Shown: positions 8,179 through 18,100 of the stretch, one piece after another
Numbering within the stretch: the stretch's first letter is position 1
How the letters are laid out: the number at the start of each line of letters is the position of its first letter
Assembly (NCBI GenBank): GCA_037147115.1
Contig: JBAWVV010000003.1
Coordinates: 1-33,073, forward strand
Reading direction: 5' to 3'
DNA from: Planctomycetia bacterium
GTDB lineage: Bacteria > Planctomycetota > Planctomycetia > Pirellulales > UBA1268
DNA length: 33,073 nt
Made by a program: the position numbers and the translations under genes
Notes under the pieces: generated by a model
Seen by the model: only the letters and a program-made list of their open reading frames with translations
Databases searched by the model: none
Told to the model about the DNA's origin: nothing

Positions 8179-10143
8179 ATGCCGCTCACGCTCATCGCTT
8201 CCGCCGCTTCGGCCCTCCGCATCTGGCTTCGATCGGTCGCGCCGACGCGCGAGGCGATCGTCACGGCGGGCTGCCTCGCCCTCGTCTTCGGGATGACCTA
8301 CCTGGCAGCGTACCTCACCCGCAGCGAGCTCCTCCTCCGGGGGAGCGACGCAGCGACGATCGTCCGCACGATCGGCTGGGTCGTGCTTGTGAAGCTGGTT
8401 GTCTTCTACACCCGCGGCATCTGCCACCGGTCGCTCCGCACGATCCGCTTCGAGGACTTGAGCATCCTTGTCCGGGCCACCACCACGTGCCTGCTGGTTC
8501 TCGTGGCGGCCAATTACTACTTGACGACGCTGCGGCTGGGCTGGATCCAGATTCCCCGGACCGTCCTCCTCCTCGATTGGGCCTTCACCCTCCTCGCCGT
8601 CGGTGGCCTCCAGGCGGCGGCGCGGAGCATCTACGAAGAGTTGATGCCGGCCGATCCGGTTGGCCATCAGCGCAATGCTCTCTTCATCGATGGCTCACCG
8701 CAAGGGGTGTTGATCGCCGCTCAGCTGATGTCGGCGAAGCGGGGCGGGTATTTCGTGTCGGGTCTGCTCGATGACGATCCCACCCGACATGGCTCCCAAA
8801 CGGCCGTGGCCAGAGTGATTGGCGGCATTGACCATGTCGCCGCCTGCGCCCAGCGGTTGCGTGTGACCGATGTCGTCGTCCGCTCTGGGAGTGTGTTCGG
8901 CCACCGGCTGCGGCAGATCTGCGAGGCCTGCACCGCGATCGGTGTGCGCGTGGTGATCGCCGAGCCGGGCGGCGAGAAGGCCGACGCTGAGGTCCGCGTG
9001 CGCGGCTTAGAACTGCGCGACCTCGTCACCCACCCCGATCCGACGGCGTCCGCGCACGGCCCTACGCTCGCCTCCTGGGTGCATGACGAGACGGTCATGG
9101 TCACCGGCGCCGGTGGATCGATCGGTGCCGAGATCTGCCGGCTCCTCGTGAAGCTCCGTCCGGCGCGGATCCTGCTGGTCGACCGGTCGGAATCCAGCCT
9201 TTTCGAGATCCATGGGGAGTTGCAGGAACGCTCCGCCGCGCCCGGGGAAGGGGAGATCGGCCTCGTTCCCTGCCTCGTCGACATCCACGACACGGATCGG
9301 CTGGAGGATGTTTTTCAGAGCCACCGGCCGGGGATCGTCATCCACGCCGCCGGCCACAAGCACGTGCCGATGCTCCAGGGGCACCCCGTGGAGGCGATCG
9401 AGAACAACATCCTCGCCACCGCGGCGCTCGCCGACCTCGCCGAGGCCCACGGCGTGAAGACGTTTGTCGCGCTCTCGACCGACAAGGCCGTCAACCCGAC
9501 GGGCGTGATGGGGGCTTCGAAGCTGATCGCGGAGCGGTTCCTCCAGTCGCTCGGCGAGGGCGCAACGACGAAGTTCGTGGTTGTGCGATTCGGGAACGTC
9601 ATCGGCTCCAGCGGGACTGCCGTGCCGATCTTTACCCGCCAACTCCTCCGCCGTCAGCCGATCACCGTCACCCATCCCGACGTGGCCCGGCGATTCCTGA
9701 CGGCGTCCGATGCCGCCCGTCTCTCACTGGAGGCCGGGGCGTTGGCTGGGGGGAGCGGGACGTTCGTCCTCGACATGGGCGAGCCGGTCAAGATCGTCGA
9801 AATCATCAAGAGCTTGGCGTTCGTGATGCGCGTGCCGAGGGAGGATGTCGAGATCCGCTTCGATCGCCTCCGCGACGGGGAGAAGCTCGCCGAGGAGCTG
9901 TTTTTCGACGACGAGATCAGGCATTCGGTTGGGGGTGGTCTTGTGTTCCAAGTCTCCCGTCCCAGCCGCCCGCTGGCCGAGGTCCGGCAGTGGCTCGGCG
10001 ATCTCAAGGCCGCGATCCTCGCCGATGGCCCCGATGCCGCCCGCGGGGTGCTGATGGAGATCGTGGCGCTGGAAGGCACGGCGTCTCCGGTGGGGACTGC
10101 GCCGCTGCGTGAGGATGACGATCCGCGGGAGTCGAGGTCGTGA
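8179..10143 (+). CDS. Membrane-bound nucleoside-diphosphate sugar 4,6-dehydratase (PglF/WbpM/CapD family), copy 1
   Basis: Four N-terminal TM segments, GLLDDDP, VTGAGGSIGAEICR, HAAGHKHVPM, STDKAVNPTGVMGASK, VRFGNV, GEKLAEEL; start ATG 8179 chosen over upstream TTG 8005. Confidence 0.92.
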   Translation: MPLTLIASAASALRIWLRSVAPTREAIVTAGCLALVFGMTYLAAYLTRSELLLRGSDAATIVRTIGWVVLVKLVVFYTRGICHRSLRTIRFEDLSILVRATTTCLLVLVAANYYLTTLRLGWIQIPRTVLLLDWAFTLLAVGGLQAAARSIYEELMPADPVGHQRNALFIDGSPQGVLIAAQLMSAKRGGYFVSGLLDDDPTRHGSQTAVARVIGGIDHVAACAQRLRVTDVVVRSGSVFGHRLRQICEACTAIGVRVVIAEPGGEKADAEVRVRGLELRDLVTHPDPTASAHGPTLASWVHDETVMVTGAGGSIGAEICRLLVKLRPARILLVDRSESSLFEIHGELQERSAAPGEGEIGLVPCLVDIHDTDRLEDVFQSHRPGIVIHAAGHKHVPMLQGHPVEAIENNILATAALADLAEAHGVKTFVALSTDKAVNPTGVMGASKLIAERFLQSLGEGATTKFVVVRFGNVIGSSGTAVPIFTRQLLRRQPITVTHPDVARRFLTASDAARLSLEAGALAGGSGTFVLDMGEPVKIVEIIKSLAFVMRVPREDVEIRFDRLRDGEKLAEELFFDDEIRHSVGGGLVFQVSRPSRPLAEVRQWLGDLKAAILADGPDAARGVLMEIVALEGTASPVGTAPLREDDDPRESRS

Positions 10144-11285
10144 ACCCACCGCCGGCGCCGGAACGACTGTTTCCCACGCTCGACTCACTCGAGTCGATCC
10201 TCTGGCCAGGCCTGGCCCTCGTGGTGTTCGTCGTCACGGCCGTGCTCGTCGATGTGATGATCCTGGTCGCGACGCGGTTGCGGCTGGTCGATGTGCCGAG
10301 TAACCGTAGCGCCCACTCCCTTCCCACGGCCCGGGGCGGGGGGATGCCGCTGGTGCTGAGCTGTTGCCTGGCCTCGACGGCGGTCTGTTTCCGCTGGCCG
10401 GTGTATGCCTTCCCGGTGGCCCTGGGCGTCATCCTTCCCAGTCTCATCATCGCCATCGTCGGCTTCTGGGACGACATCCGTCCGCTCCGGGCCCTCCTCC
10501 GGCTCGTCGTGCAGATCGGCGCGGCGGTGGGAATCGTGGCCGTGCTCGGCCCGGTGCGTGGGCTGCATCTGCCGGGGCTGCCTTTTATCGATTTCGGCTG
10601 GCTGGCCTGGCCGTTGAGCGTTGTGTGGATCGTGGGGTTCATCAACGCCTTCAACTTCATGGATGGGTCGGATGGCATGGCGGCGCTTGCGGCGGTGGCC
10701 GTGGCGATCGGGTTCGTCGGTATCTCGTACTCCGACGGCGACTTCCCGGTCGTTTTGCTGTCGTCCTTCGTCGGCGCCGCCGCCGCCGGATTCCTCGTCT
10801 TCAATTGGCCCCCGGCCCGGGTGTTCATGGGGGACGTCGGGAGTGCGTTCCTGGGAACCTTCTTTGCCGCCCTGACCCTGTTTGACGTGACCGGATCGAC
10901 GGAACTGACCTTCATGCCGCTGGCGATGGCGGCCTGGCCCTACATCTACGATCCGTTCCTGACGGTGATCCGGCGGGTGTGGGGCGGTCACAACCCGCTC
11001 GTGCCCCATCGCGAGTTCCTCTTTCACCGCCTGGTTCGCTCGGGGATCAGCCATGCTGCCGTCGCGGTGATCTATGCCCTGCTGGCCGCGGCGGGGGCGG
11101 TCGCCGGCTGGATGATGCTCGAGCCATCCGTGCCGACCGACGTTCGGCGTTGCCTGCCGTTGACCGTCGTCTTCCTGGCGGCGGTGCTGACGGCGTGGAC
11201 CGAATGGCGGTTCCGTCGCTTTTGCCCCGCGGCGCGGGCGGCGAAGGTCGCCCCGACCCCAACGGTCGCTGGGTCGGCGGCCTGA
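10140..11285 (+). CDS. MraY/WecA-family (WbpL-like) undecaprenyl-phosphate HexNAc-1-phosphate transferase
   Basis: D.PSNRSAHSLPTARGGG, GFWDD, NAFNFMDGSDG, FNWPPARVFMGDVGS; GTGA overlap with the upstream stop. Confidence 0.92.
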   Translation: MNPPPAPERLFPTLDSLESILWPGLALVVFVVTAVLVDVMILVATRLRLVDVPSNRSAHSLPTARGGGMPLVLSCCLASTAVCFRWPVYAFPVALGVILPSLIIAIVGFWDDIRPLRALLRLVVQIGAAVGIVAVLGPVRGLHLPGLPFIDFGWLAWPLSVVWIVGFINAFNFMDGSDGMAALAAVAVAIGFVGISYSDGDFPVVLLSSFVGAAAAGFLVFNWPPARVFMGDVGSAFLGTFFAALTLFDVTGSTELTFMPLAMAAWPYIYDPFLTVIRRVWGGHNPLVPHREFLFHRLVRSGISHAAVAVIYALLAAAGAVAGWMMLEPSVPTDVRRCLPLTVVFLAAVLTAWTEWRFRRFCPAARAAKVAPTPTVAGSAA

Positions 11286-11304
11286 TCGATGCGGCGGCTG
11301 ATCC

Positions 11305-12243
11305 TCACAGGCTGTCGGCGGGCCTCTGCGGGCAGCAGCGGCACGCCTCCTCGGACTCCAGTTGGATCGTCGTGTGGGCGATGCCGAAGCGGGCGCGGAG
11401 ATCGTCCGACGCCGTGGCGAGCACCTGCTCGTGTCCATCCTGTTGGGGAACGACGAGGTGGACCGTCAGCGAGATCTCCGAGGTGCTCGCATTCCAGACG
11501 TGGAGATCGTGGACTTCGCTCACCCCCGGGATCGCGGCAAGGAGGTCGGTGATGGCGGCCGGCTCGATTCCCCGCGGCACGGCGTCGAGGGCGAGATCGA
11601 TGCTTTCGCGGAGCAGTCCCCAGGTGCCGGCGAGGATTGCCAGCGTGATCGCGATCCCCACCAGCGGATCGATCCAATTGATCCCGGTGAACGCGATCAC
11701 GATCCCCGCCACGACCACCCCGGCCGAGACGGCGGCATCGGCCGCCATGTGGAGGAAGGCCCCGCGGACGTTGGCGTCGGTGTGCGAACCGCGGAGGAAG
11801 AGGAGCGCCGTCAGCGTGTTGATCACGACACCGGCCGCGGCCACGATCCCCACCCATGGCCCCGCCACGGAGACCGGATCACGGAGGCGGTGGATCGCCT
11901 CCCAGAGGATGCCGCCGCAGGCAACGATCAGGAGCAAGGCGTTGGCCAGGGCGGCATAGATCGTCGACCGGCGGAAGCCCCAGGTGTAGCGGTTGGTCGG
12001 TGGGCGGCGGGCGAGGCGGGAGGCGCCCCACGCCAGGAGGAGGCCGACCACGTCGCCGGCATTGTGACCGGCATCGGCCACCAGCGCCAGCGATCCCCCC
12101 CACAGTCCGGCGGCGATCTCGACGAGCACAAAAGCCGCATTCAGACCGACGCCGATGGCCATCGCCCGGTCGAGCCGCTCCGGTGAGAAGTGCCGGTGGC
12201 CGCCGTGGCCTGTTCCGTCGCGGTGGTCGTGATCGCAGGGCAT
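11305..12243 (-). CDS. czcD: Cation diffusion facilitator (Zn/Co/Cd efflux, CzcD/ZitB-like)
   Basis: His-rich N-terminus MPCDHDHRDGTGHGGHRH, SLALVADAGHNAGD, YTWGFRR, NVRGAFLHMAAD, VHDLHVW, HTTIQLE; start 12243 (alternative 12270). Confidence 0.92.
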   Translation of the reverse strand: MPCDHDHRDGTGHGGHRHFSPERLDRAMAIGVGLNAAFVLVEIAAGLWGGSLALVADAGHNAGDVVGLLLAWGASRLARRPPTNRYTWGFRRSTIYAALANALLLIVACGGILWEAIHRLRDPVSVAGPWVGIVAAAGVVINTLTALLFLRGSHTDANVRGAFLHMAADAAVSAGVVVAGIVIAFTGINWIDPLVGIAITLAILAGTWGLLRESIDLALDAVPRGIEPAAITDLLAAIPGVSEVHDLHVWNASTSEISLTVHLVVPQQDGHEQVLATASDDLRARFGIAHTTIQLESEEACRCCPQRPADSL

Positions 12244-12371
12244 CGTGGCAACAGTTGTGAGGCGCGGCATGTGTTACAACTTCCGCGGGGCGGAGAGGAT
12301 CATACGCTTCCCGACGGCTCGTGGCAGCAGCCCGCCGTGCGTGGGACAACATCGTGGGTAGGAGTCAGACA

Positions 12372-13499
12372 ATGACAACGCAACCGCTGCGCGTCGCGGT
12401 CGTCGGCAGGACGGGACGGGGCGACTGGGGGCACGCGATCGACGAACTGTGGACCGCGGTCGAGGGGACGGAGCTCGTCGCCGTGGCCGACGAATCGGCC
12501 GACGGCCTCGCTCAGGCCGTCGAGCGGCTCGGCCGCGCTGCCGGGAGCCCCCCGTCGGGATTCCGCGACTGGCGCGCGATGCTCGCGGAGGTGAAGCCGG
12601 AGATCGTCTCGCTTTGCATGCGCCACATCGACTGCCATGCGGAGATGGCGATCGCCGCCGCGGAGGCGGGAGTGCAGGGGATCTTTCTGGAGAAGCCCTT
12701 CGTGCGCACCGCTGCCGAGGCCGACGCGGTCATCGCCGCCTGCCGTGCCTCGGGAACGAAGCTCGCCCTAGCGATGGTCAACCGCCACAGCCCCACCTAC
12801 GCGGTCGTCCGCGATCTCGTCGAGGATGGCCGTATCGGCCGGCTCCTCGAGCTCCGGGGCCGCGGCAAGGAGGATGCGCGCGGCGGCGGCGAGGATCTGT
12901 GGGTGCTCGGATGCCACGTCCTCGACATGATGGCCGACCTCGGCGGGGCCCCCCGCTGGTGCCAGGCCACGATCACGCGCGACGGCAGGCCGATCACGCC
13001 AGCGGATGCCACGGAAGGCCCCGAGGGGCTCGGGGCGATCGCCGGCGATGCCGTCGAGGCGATGTACGGGCTGGCCGACGGACCGGTCGGGTTCTTCGCC
13101 AGCGTCCGCGAGGCCGGGCTGAAGCAGCCCAACTTCTCCCTCACCCTCGTCGGCACGAAGGGAGCGATCCACATCCGCCCCGACAACCTTCCCCACGCGT
13201 ATCTCCGCGAGGCGCCGCTGTGGCGCGTCGACAAGGAGGTTCCCTGGCTGCCGATCGGCCCCGAGGGGATCGGCGCCGGACTCCCCGTCGAGGAAGTCGA
13301 TCGGACCGCCGAGCGCCTGTCGTGGGCGCGGCGGGCCTCCGCCGATCTCGTCGCGGCGATCGTCGAGGACCGGGAGCCGACGGCGGGAATGTTCGCCGGC
13401 CAGACAACGGTGGAGATGACAGCCGCGGCGTTTGCGTCGGGGCTCTCCGGCGAGCGCATCGTCTGGCCGATGATCCCCCGCGGCAACCCGTTCTCCTGA
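12372..13499 (+). CDS. Gfo/Idh/MocA family oxidoreductase
   Basis: VAVVGRTGRGDWGH, IFLEKPF, RGRGKEDARGGGEDLWVLGCH; RBS aggag at 12360 before ATG 12372. Confidence 0.9.
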   Translation: MTTQPLRVAVVGRTGRGDWGHAIDELWTAVEGTELVAVADESADGLAQAVERLGRAAGSPPSGFRDWRAMLAEVKPEIVSLCMRHIDCHAEMAIAAAEAGVQGIFLEKPFVRTAAEADAVIAACRASGTKLALAMVNRHSPTYAVVRDLVEDGRIGRLLELRGRGKEDARGGGEDLWVLGCHVLDMMADLGGAPRWCQATITRDGRPITPADATEGPEGLGAIAGDAVEAMYGLADGPVGFFASVREAGLKQPNFSLTLVGTKGAIHIRPDNLPHAYLREAPLWRVDKEVPWLPIGPEGIGAGLPVEEVDRTAERLSWARRASADLVAAIVEDREPTAGMFAGQTTVEMTAAAFASGLSGERIVWPMIPRGNPFS

Positions 13500-13514
13500 C
13501 CCGTTCTCCTGACC
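13486..13514 (+). repeat. 13-bp tandem duplication (acccgttctcctg x2) spanning a stop codon
   Basis: acccgttctcctg acccgttctcctg acc. Confidence 0.85.
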
Positions 13515-13558
13515 AGGCGGATCGTCCCGTCCAACCTTACCTCCCCGAGACGAAAGCT

Positions 13559-14458
13559 ATGCGCGCGCGATTCCCCGTCGTCATCCCTTTTCTCCTGGCC
13601 GCGATGTTCACCATCGGGTCCGACGGCGCGTCGGCCGTCGACGCGGATCGTGACATCCGCCTCTGGCCGGAAGGGGTGCCGGGGGATCGGGTGCCGGAGG
13701 AACCGGCCGAGAAGGTGGAGCGGGGGAAGGACGACATCCAGCGCCGGTCATTCGTCTCCGATCCCCGCCTCATCCTCCATCCTCTACCGCCACGCGACGA
13801 TGGGCCCCGTCCGGCGGTGATCATCCTCCCCGGTGGGGGATACAACATCCTTGCCGATGACCATGAGGGGGGGGAGATCGGCCGGTTCCTGAATGGGCAT
13901 GGCATCGTCGCCCTCACCCTCCTCTACCGGGTTCCCACCGGTGCCTTCGCGAATCCCGACGCCGGGCCGGTGATGGATGCCCAGAAGAGCGTTTCGGTGG
14001 TCCGCGGGCGGGCCCTCGAACTGGGGATCGATCCGGACCGCATCGGGCTGATGGGTTTTTCCGCGGGGGGCCACACGGCGCTGGTGGCTGCCACCACGAA
14101 GGCGTCGTTCCCGGGGGCCGACGCCGCCCCGTCAGCGCGTCCTGATGCCACGATCCTTGTCTACCCGTGGCGCGTGCTTGGCAATGAAGGCAAGGGGCTG
14201 TGGCCGGGGGTCGAGATCGACGCCGCCACCTCCCCGATGTTCATCGCCCAGACCGCCGACGACACCGCTTCGCCGGCAAAGGGGGCGGTGGCGCTGTTTG
14301 CCGCGCTGCTCGACGCGAAAGTGCCGGCCGAACTGCACGTCTACGAGCGCGGGGGGCATGGCTACGGCCTGCGGCGCCGTGAGCAGTCTCCGGGCACCGC
14401 CGACTGGCCGGCGCGTCTGGTCGATTGGCTCGGCGGCCGCGGATTCACGCGGCCGTGA
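13559..14458 (+). CDS. Secreted alpha/beta hydrolase (carbohydrate esterase-like)
   Basis: Signal-like MRARFPVVIPFLLAAMF…; ILPGGGY, GLMGFSAGGH (GxSxG), QTADD, ELHVYERGGHGYG. Only the 3' part of ORF 12449..14458 looks coding. Confidence 0.9.
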   Translation: MRARFPVVIPFLLAAMFTIGSDGASAVDADRDIRLWPEGVPGDRVPEEPAEKVERGKDDIQRRSFVSDPRLILHPLPPRDDGPRPAVIILPGGGYNILADDHEGGEIGRFLNGHGIVALTLLYRVPTGAFANPDAGPVMDAQKSVSVVRGRALELGIDPDRIGLMGFSAGGHTALVAATTKASFPGADAAPSARPDATILVYPWRVLGNEGKGLWPGVEIDAATSPMFIAQTADDTASPAKGAVALFAALLDAKVPAELHVYERGGHGYGLRRREQSPGTADWPARLVDWLGGRGFTRP

Positions 14459-14480
14459 CGGCGGCGTTGAACGCGCTTGG

Positions 14481-14517
14481 AAAACAGCGACACCCCGTCC
14501 GAAGAGACGGGGTGTCG
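14481..14517 (-). terminator. Rho-independent terminator for the small lipoprotein gene, possibly bidirectional
   Basis: 12-bp perfect stem cgacaccccgtc/gacggggtgtcg (14488-14517), UUCG-containing loop on the minus strand, followed by CUGUUUU; lies between convergent genes. Confidence 0.8.
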
Positions 14518-14567
14518 GAGAAAGTCGTCGGTGCCGAGGATCCAAACTTGGACGTGGCAACCTGCGG

Positions 14568-14828
14568 TCAGTTGCAGCAGCCGTCGGCCGGGACCGGGGT
14601 GGCAGCCTTGAGAGCGGCTGCTTCCTTGGAGAGTTTGAACTCTGGTCCGGCCGGGAAGTATTGGATGTCGTCCTGGAGGTAGTAGGCGCTGGGGAGCGTC
14701 TGCCCACCAATGTCGACCTGACAACCCGTCAGCCCGACGCTGGCCAGGGCCAAGCCCCCCAGCAGGGCCGCGCGGACGTCGAGCCGGGTCGTGGTCCGGG
14801 TCCGCCGGTCCGCAGTCGATGATCTCAT
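14568..14828 (-). CDS. Small lipoprotein (86 aa) of unknown function
   Basis: Arg-rich n-region, hydrophobic stretch, lipobox LTG-C, then QVDIGGQTLPSAYYLQDDIQYFPAGPEFKLSKEAAA; has its own terminator; resembles a conserved planctomycete family from memory. Confidence 0.82.
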   Translation of the reverse strand: MRSSTADRRTRTTTRLDVRAALLGGLALASVGLTGCQVDIGGQTLPSAYYLQDDIQYFPAGPEFKLSKEAAALKAATPVPADGCCN

Positions 14829-14920
14829 GGTTCTCGCCCCTGCATCGGTGCTTTGTTCCGCGTCACGGTTCGCTGTCGGGCCAGGCCCGGCAGGGTCGAT
14901 CCGCCGCCGACCGCAGTGGT

Positions 14921-14947
14921 ATCGGCCGACAGAACCGGCAAACTTTG
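14921..14947 (-). promoter_or_regulatory. Putative sigma28 (FliA/WhiG)-like promoter CAAAGTTTGCC-N10-GCCGAT
   Basis: Matches the wza upstream motif at 16 of 17 positions with the same spacer; similar to TAAAGTTT-N11-GCCGATAA. Confidence 0.6.
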
Positions 14948-15023
14948 ACAAACCGTTGCGATCGTTCGAAACGGCGCCAGCGGAGCCCCCCGGCTGCCCG
15001 ACGTTTCCCAGACTACCGGTCAG
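14925..15023. repeat. Degenerate 9-bp-period array
   Basis: CG dinucleotides at 14927, 14936, 14954, 14963, 14972, 14981, 14999 and 15017 (8 of 11 in-phase slots); units such as accggcaaa, accgttgcg, aacggcgcc, accggtcag. Confidence 0.55.
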
Positions 15024-15058
15024 TCGAAGGTCTGACGGCGGGCTGGGATTCCTCGTCA

Positions 15059-15077
15059 CCGACCCGACTCGGGTCGG
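15059..15077. promoter_or_regulatory. Perfect 9-1-9 palindrome, a possible operator or hairpin
   Basis: ccgacccga-c-tcgggtcgg, 20 nt upstream of a TACAAC -10-like hexamer (15097-15102). Confidence 0.4.
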
Positions 15078-15109
15078 CGGGCACGTGGGGAAGGTGTACA
15101 ACTGGCGGC

Positions 15110-18100
15110 ATGTGGCGCGTTGTTCCCTGGCAGTCGCTGTTCCGCCGATCGGCCGCGATCCTCGCGGTGACGGGCCTGTTGAGCCTGGGGGTGGCCCGGG
15201 CCCAGATCGTGCCCCGCGGGGCCCAGACCGTGCCGACGATCGCCTTTGATGCCGCGCTTGCAGCGCTGGCCAACGGCGACTTTAGCGTGGCCCTGGAAAC
15301 GGCCGGCCGGGATTACGGGGCGGGGGTCCGCGCCGGGAATCAGCGCTGGATCGACTCGATCGCCTCCGCCACCGCGATCGGTGAATCGCAGTACGAACTC
15401 GGCAACTGGCGGGATTCCGTCGCCGCTTACGAGGAGGCGATCGGCCTCGGCACAGCGCATGCCGAGTGGTTGCTGGCGGTCCAGTTTCCGACCCAAGGAC
15501 CGCAGCCTTCACCGCGCCCGCGCGTGGCCACCTGGGGGCGGAGCGCGCGGGGCACCAAGCCGGCAACGTTTCCCGACACGATGACGATCCGGCAGACGGC
15601 GGCCGATCCCCAAAAAGTGCTCCAGCAGGGGGGAGTGCTCGCGGCCCCGGTCAATGTTCCGATCCGTCCTCATGAGATCATGCGGGCCCTCGTGATCGCG
15701 ATCTACCGTCGGGCCGTGATCCTCGGGCCGCTTGCCGGCGAGGGGAATGCGATCGAGGGGTTGAACAACGCCCTTGCGAAGCGCCCGGCACCCCCGAACC
15801 ACTGGTCGCAGTCGTGGATCGACGTGGCACTGGGAACCGCGGCATGGTCGCAGGGCCGGCTCGATCAGGCGGTGCCGCTGCTCGAACGCGGCGTGGCCCT
15901 GGGCGGCAAACTCGATCACCCGTTGACCGCCTGGGGCCTGCTCGTGCTCGGACGGATCGCGCTGGCCCGCGACGATTCCATCGGCGCGGCGCGGTGGTTC
16001 GAGGAGGCGACCTACGCGGCGGCCGAGTTCGGCGATGCCCGTGCGCTCGAGGAGGGATTCCGGATGGCGTTCGCCGCTCACCAGGCTGCCGGCACGCCGG
16101 GGGTGCCGGCAACGGTCCACGGGGGCTGCGAGTGGGCCCGCGGTGGATTGCCCGCGCTGCGGACCACCCTCCTGGCGCACGAAGCGGAGGCGTTGGCTGC
16201 CGCTGGCAATCTTCAGGGGGCGCGGGCCCGGCTCGGAGAGGTCGACGCCAGGTTTCTCCGCACGGATGCCGGCCAGGGGACGCCGGGCGCCGTCGTCGCG
16301 CATGCCGCGGCCCTGACGGCGTACGGCGCCGGCGATCCGACCACGGGGGATGCCGAGATGGAGCGCGCCCTGACCATGGCCCGCCCCCGTTCCCCGCGCC
16401 TCTTCCAGACCGGCCGGCTCGTAGAGATGGTGATGGCCGGGGCGACGACGATCTCCGACCGGCAGGCAGACGTGCTCTTTGCGCGGCTCCTCGGCGACCC
16501 GCCGCCGCGGGAGCTTGTCATCGATCCTCTGGCCACGCTCGCGGCGATGACGACGCCCCGCCCCGAGGCCCACGAAGCGTGGATGTTGGTCGCGGCGCGC
16601 CGTGGCAGCGATCCGGCCCTGGCCGCCGCGGAGGCCTCGGCCCGGGCCCGGTGGCTCGACACGCAGCCGGTCGGGGGGCGACGGCTGGGGCTCGAGCGTC
16701 TCCTCGGCCCCGATCCGTCCGGGCTGGGGCCTGACGCCGTCGCCGGCCGGACGGGACTCTTCAGACGCCATCCGGAACTGGCCCGACTCGTCGACGAGGA
16801 TGCCCGCCTGCGGACGGCGCTGACTGCCGCGCTCCTTGCCTCCGCCGGCGGGAATGGTGGCGGCGACGCCGGTCCGCCGCGCCGGGCCGGTCCGCCGGGA
16901 GAGCTGAGGGATTGGGAATCGTTCGCGCAGGGCTCGGCCCGACGCGGGGTCTTGATCGATCAGCTCGCTGCCGGCCGGGAGCCGATCGGGCTCGAGTTTC
17001 CCCCACTCCTCCCCCCGGCCGATGTCCGTGGAAGGTTGGCGCCGGGCGAACTGCTCCTCTCCTTTCATTGGGGCGCGTCGGGGCTGTGGGGGGCGCTGGA
17101 GTCTCGCGACCGCGTCGCCCTGTGGCAGGTCCGGCAACCGGCGGCCCTGGCCCGGGAGCTAACCCACCTAGCGAAGGCCCTGTGTCTGTTCGACCCCCAC
17201 GTGCCGGTGGGGACTGATCGGATCATCGCTTCCGACTGGCGGGCCGCGATGGTCACCGTCGAACGACTCCTCTTCGAGCAGTCGAAGGTCACCCTCTCGG
17301 ATGGGATCGACGAGCTCGTGATCGTGCCCGACGGAGCGCTGTGGTATCTGCCGTTCGAACTCCTCCCGACCGGTTCCGCCGGCGAGCCCGCCGACGGCGA
17401 TGCGGCGACCGTCGAGCCGCCGCCGCTCCTGCGAGACGTCTGCCGTATCCGCTACGCCCCCACCCGCAGTCTGGCCGTCGCTGGCAGGCCACCGGCGCCG
17501 TTGGAACCGCCGGCCGGGCGTGGGCCCGTCGGCATCCATGCCGGCCGGGCCGTTCGCGGGGAACGGCCGGAGGCGATCGGGGAGGCGGTCGACCGCCTCA
17601 CGCAGGCCCTCGAACGCGCCGTCGTCCTCCCGGCCCAGCCACTCCAGCAGCATGGTGTCGTCGTCTCGCCGTTGCTCCCGGCTTCGTTGTGCGAGACGCT
17701 CGTGGTCCTCGACGAGATCAATGTTGCCGGTGAGGGGGCGGTGGGCTTGCGCGGCCTGTTCGGTCGTCCGCCCGACCGTGGAGCCAAGTCGGGGATGACG
17801 TTCAACGATTGGCTCGCTTCGCCGCACAAACGTCCCCCACTGGTCATCCTGCCGGGGGTCCAGTCGGCGATGGCCTCGGGGCTCACCAAGCTGCAGTCCC
17901 GGCCGGGGGAAGAGCTGTTCATCGCCGCCACCGACGTGCTGGCCGCCGGCGCCCGCACGGCGCTGGTCAGTCGCTGGCGGATGGGGGGAAAGTCGACCAC
18001 CGATCTCGTGGCCGAGCTCGTCCGCGATAGCGACGATCCGACGGCGATCCCGGCGGCAAGTTGGCGGCGGGCGGTCGATCTGGTCTCCGCTGAGGAGCCC

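Noticed and set aside
12449-13558. Apparent 370-aa N-terminal extension of the esterase (669-aa ORF)
   Set aside because: Off-frame overlap with the Gfo/Idh/MocA gene; a signal peptide begins at ATG 13559.
14568-14582. C-terminal CCN as a eukaryote-like prenylation signal
   Set aside because: The protein is an exported lipoprotein and no prenyltransferase evidence is present in the window.
14819-15109. Upstream extension of the CHAT ORF and the opposite-strand extension of the lipoprotein ORF (to 15101)
   Set aside because: Signal peptides start at 15110 and 14828; the interval looks like a divergent promoter region.
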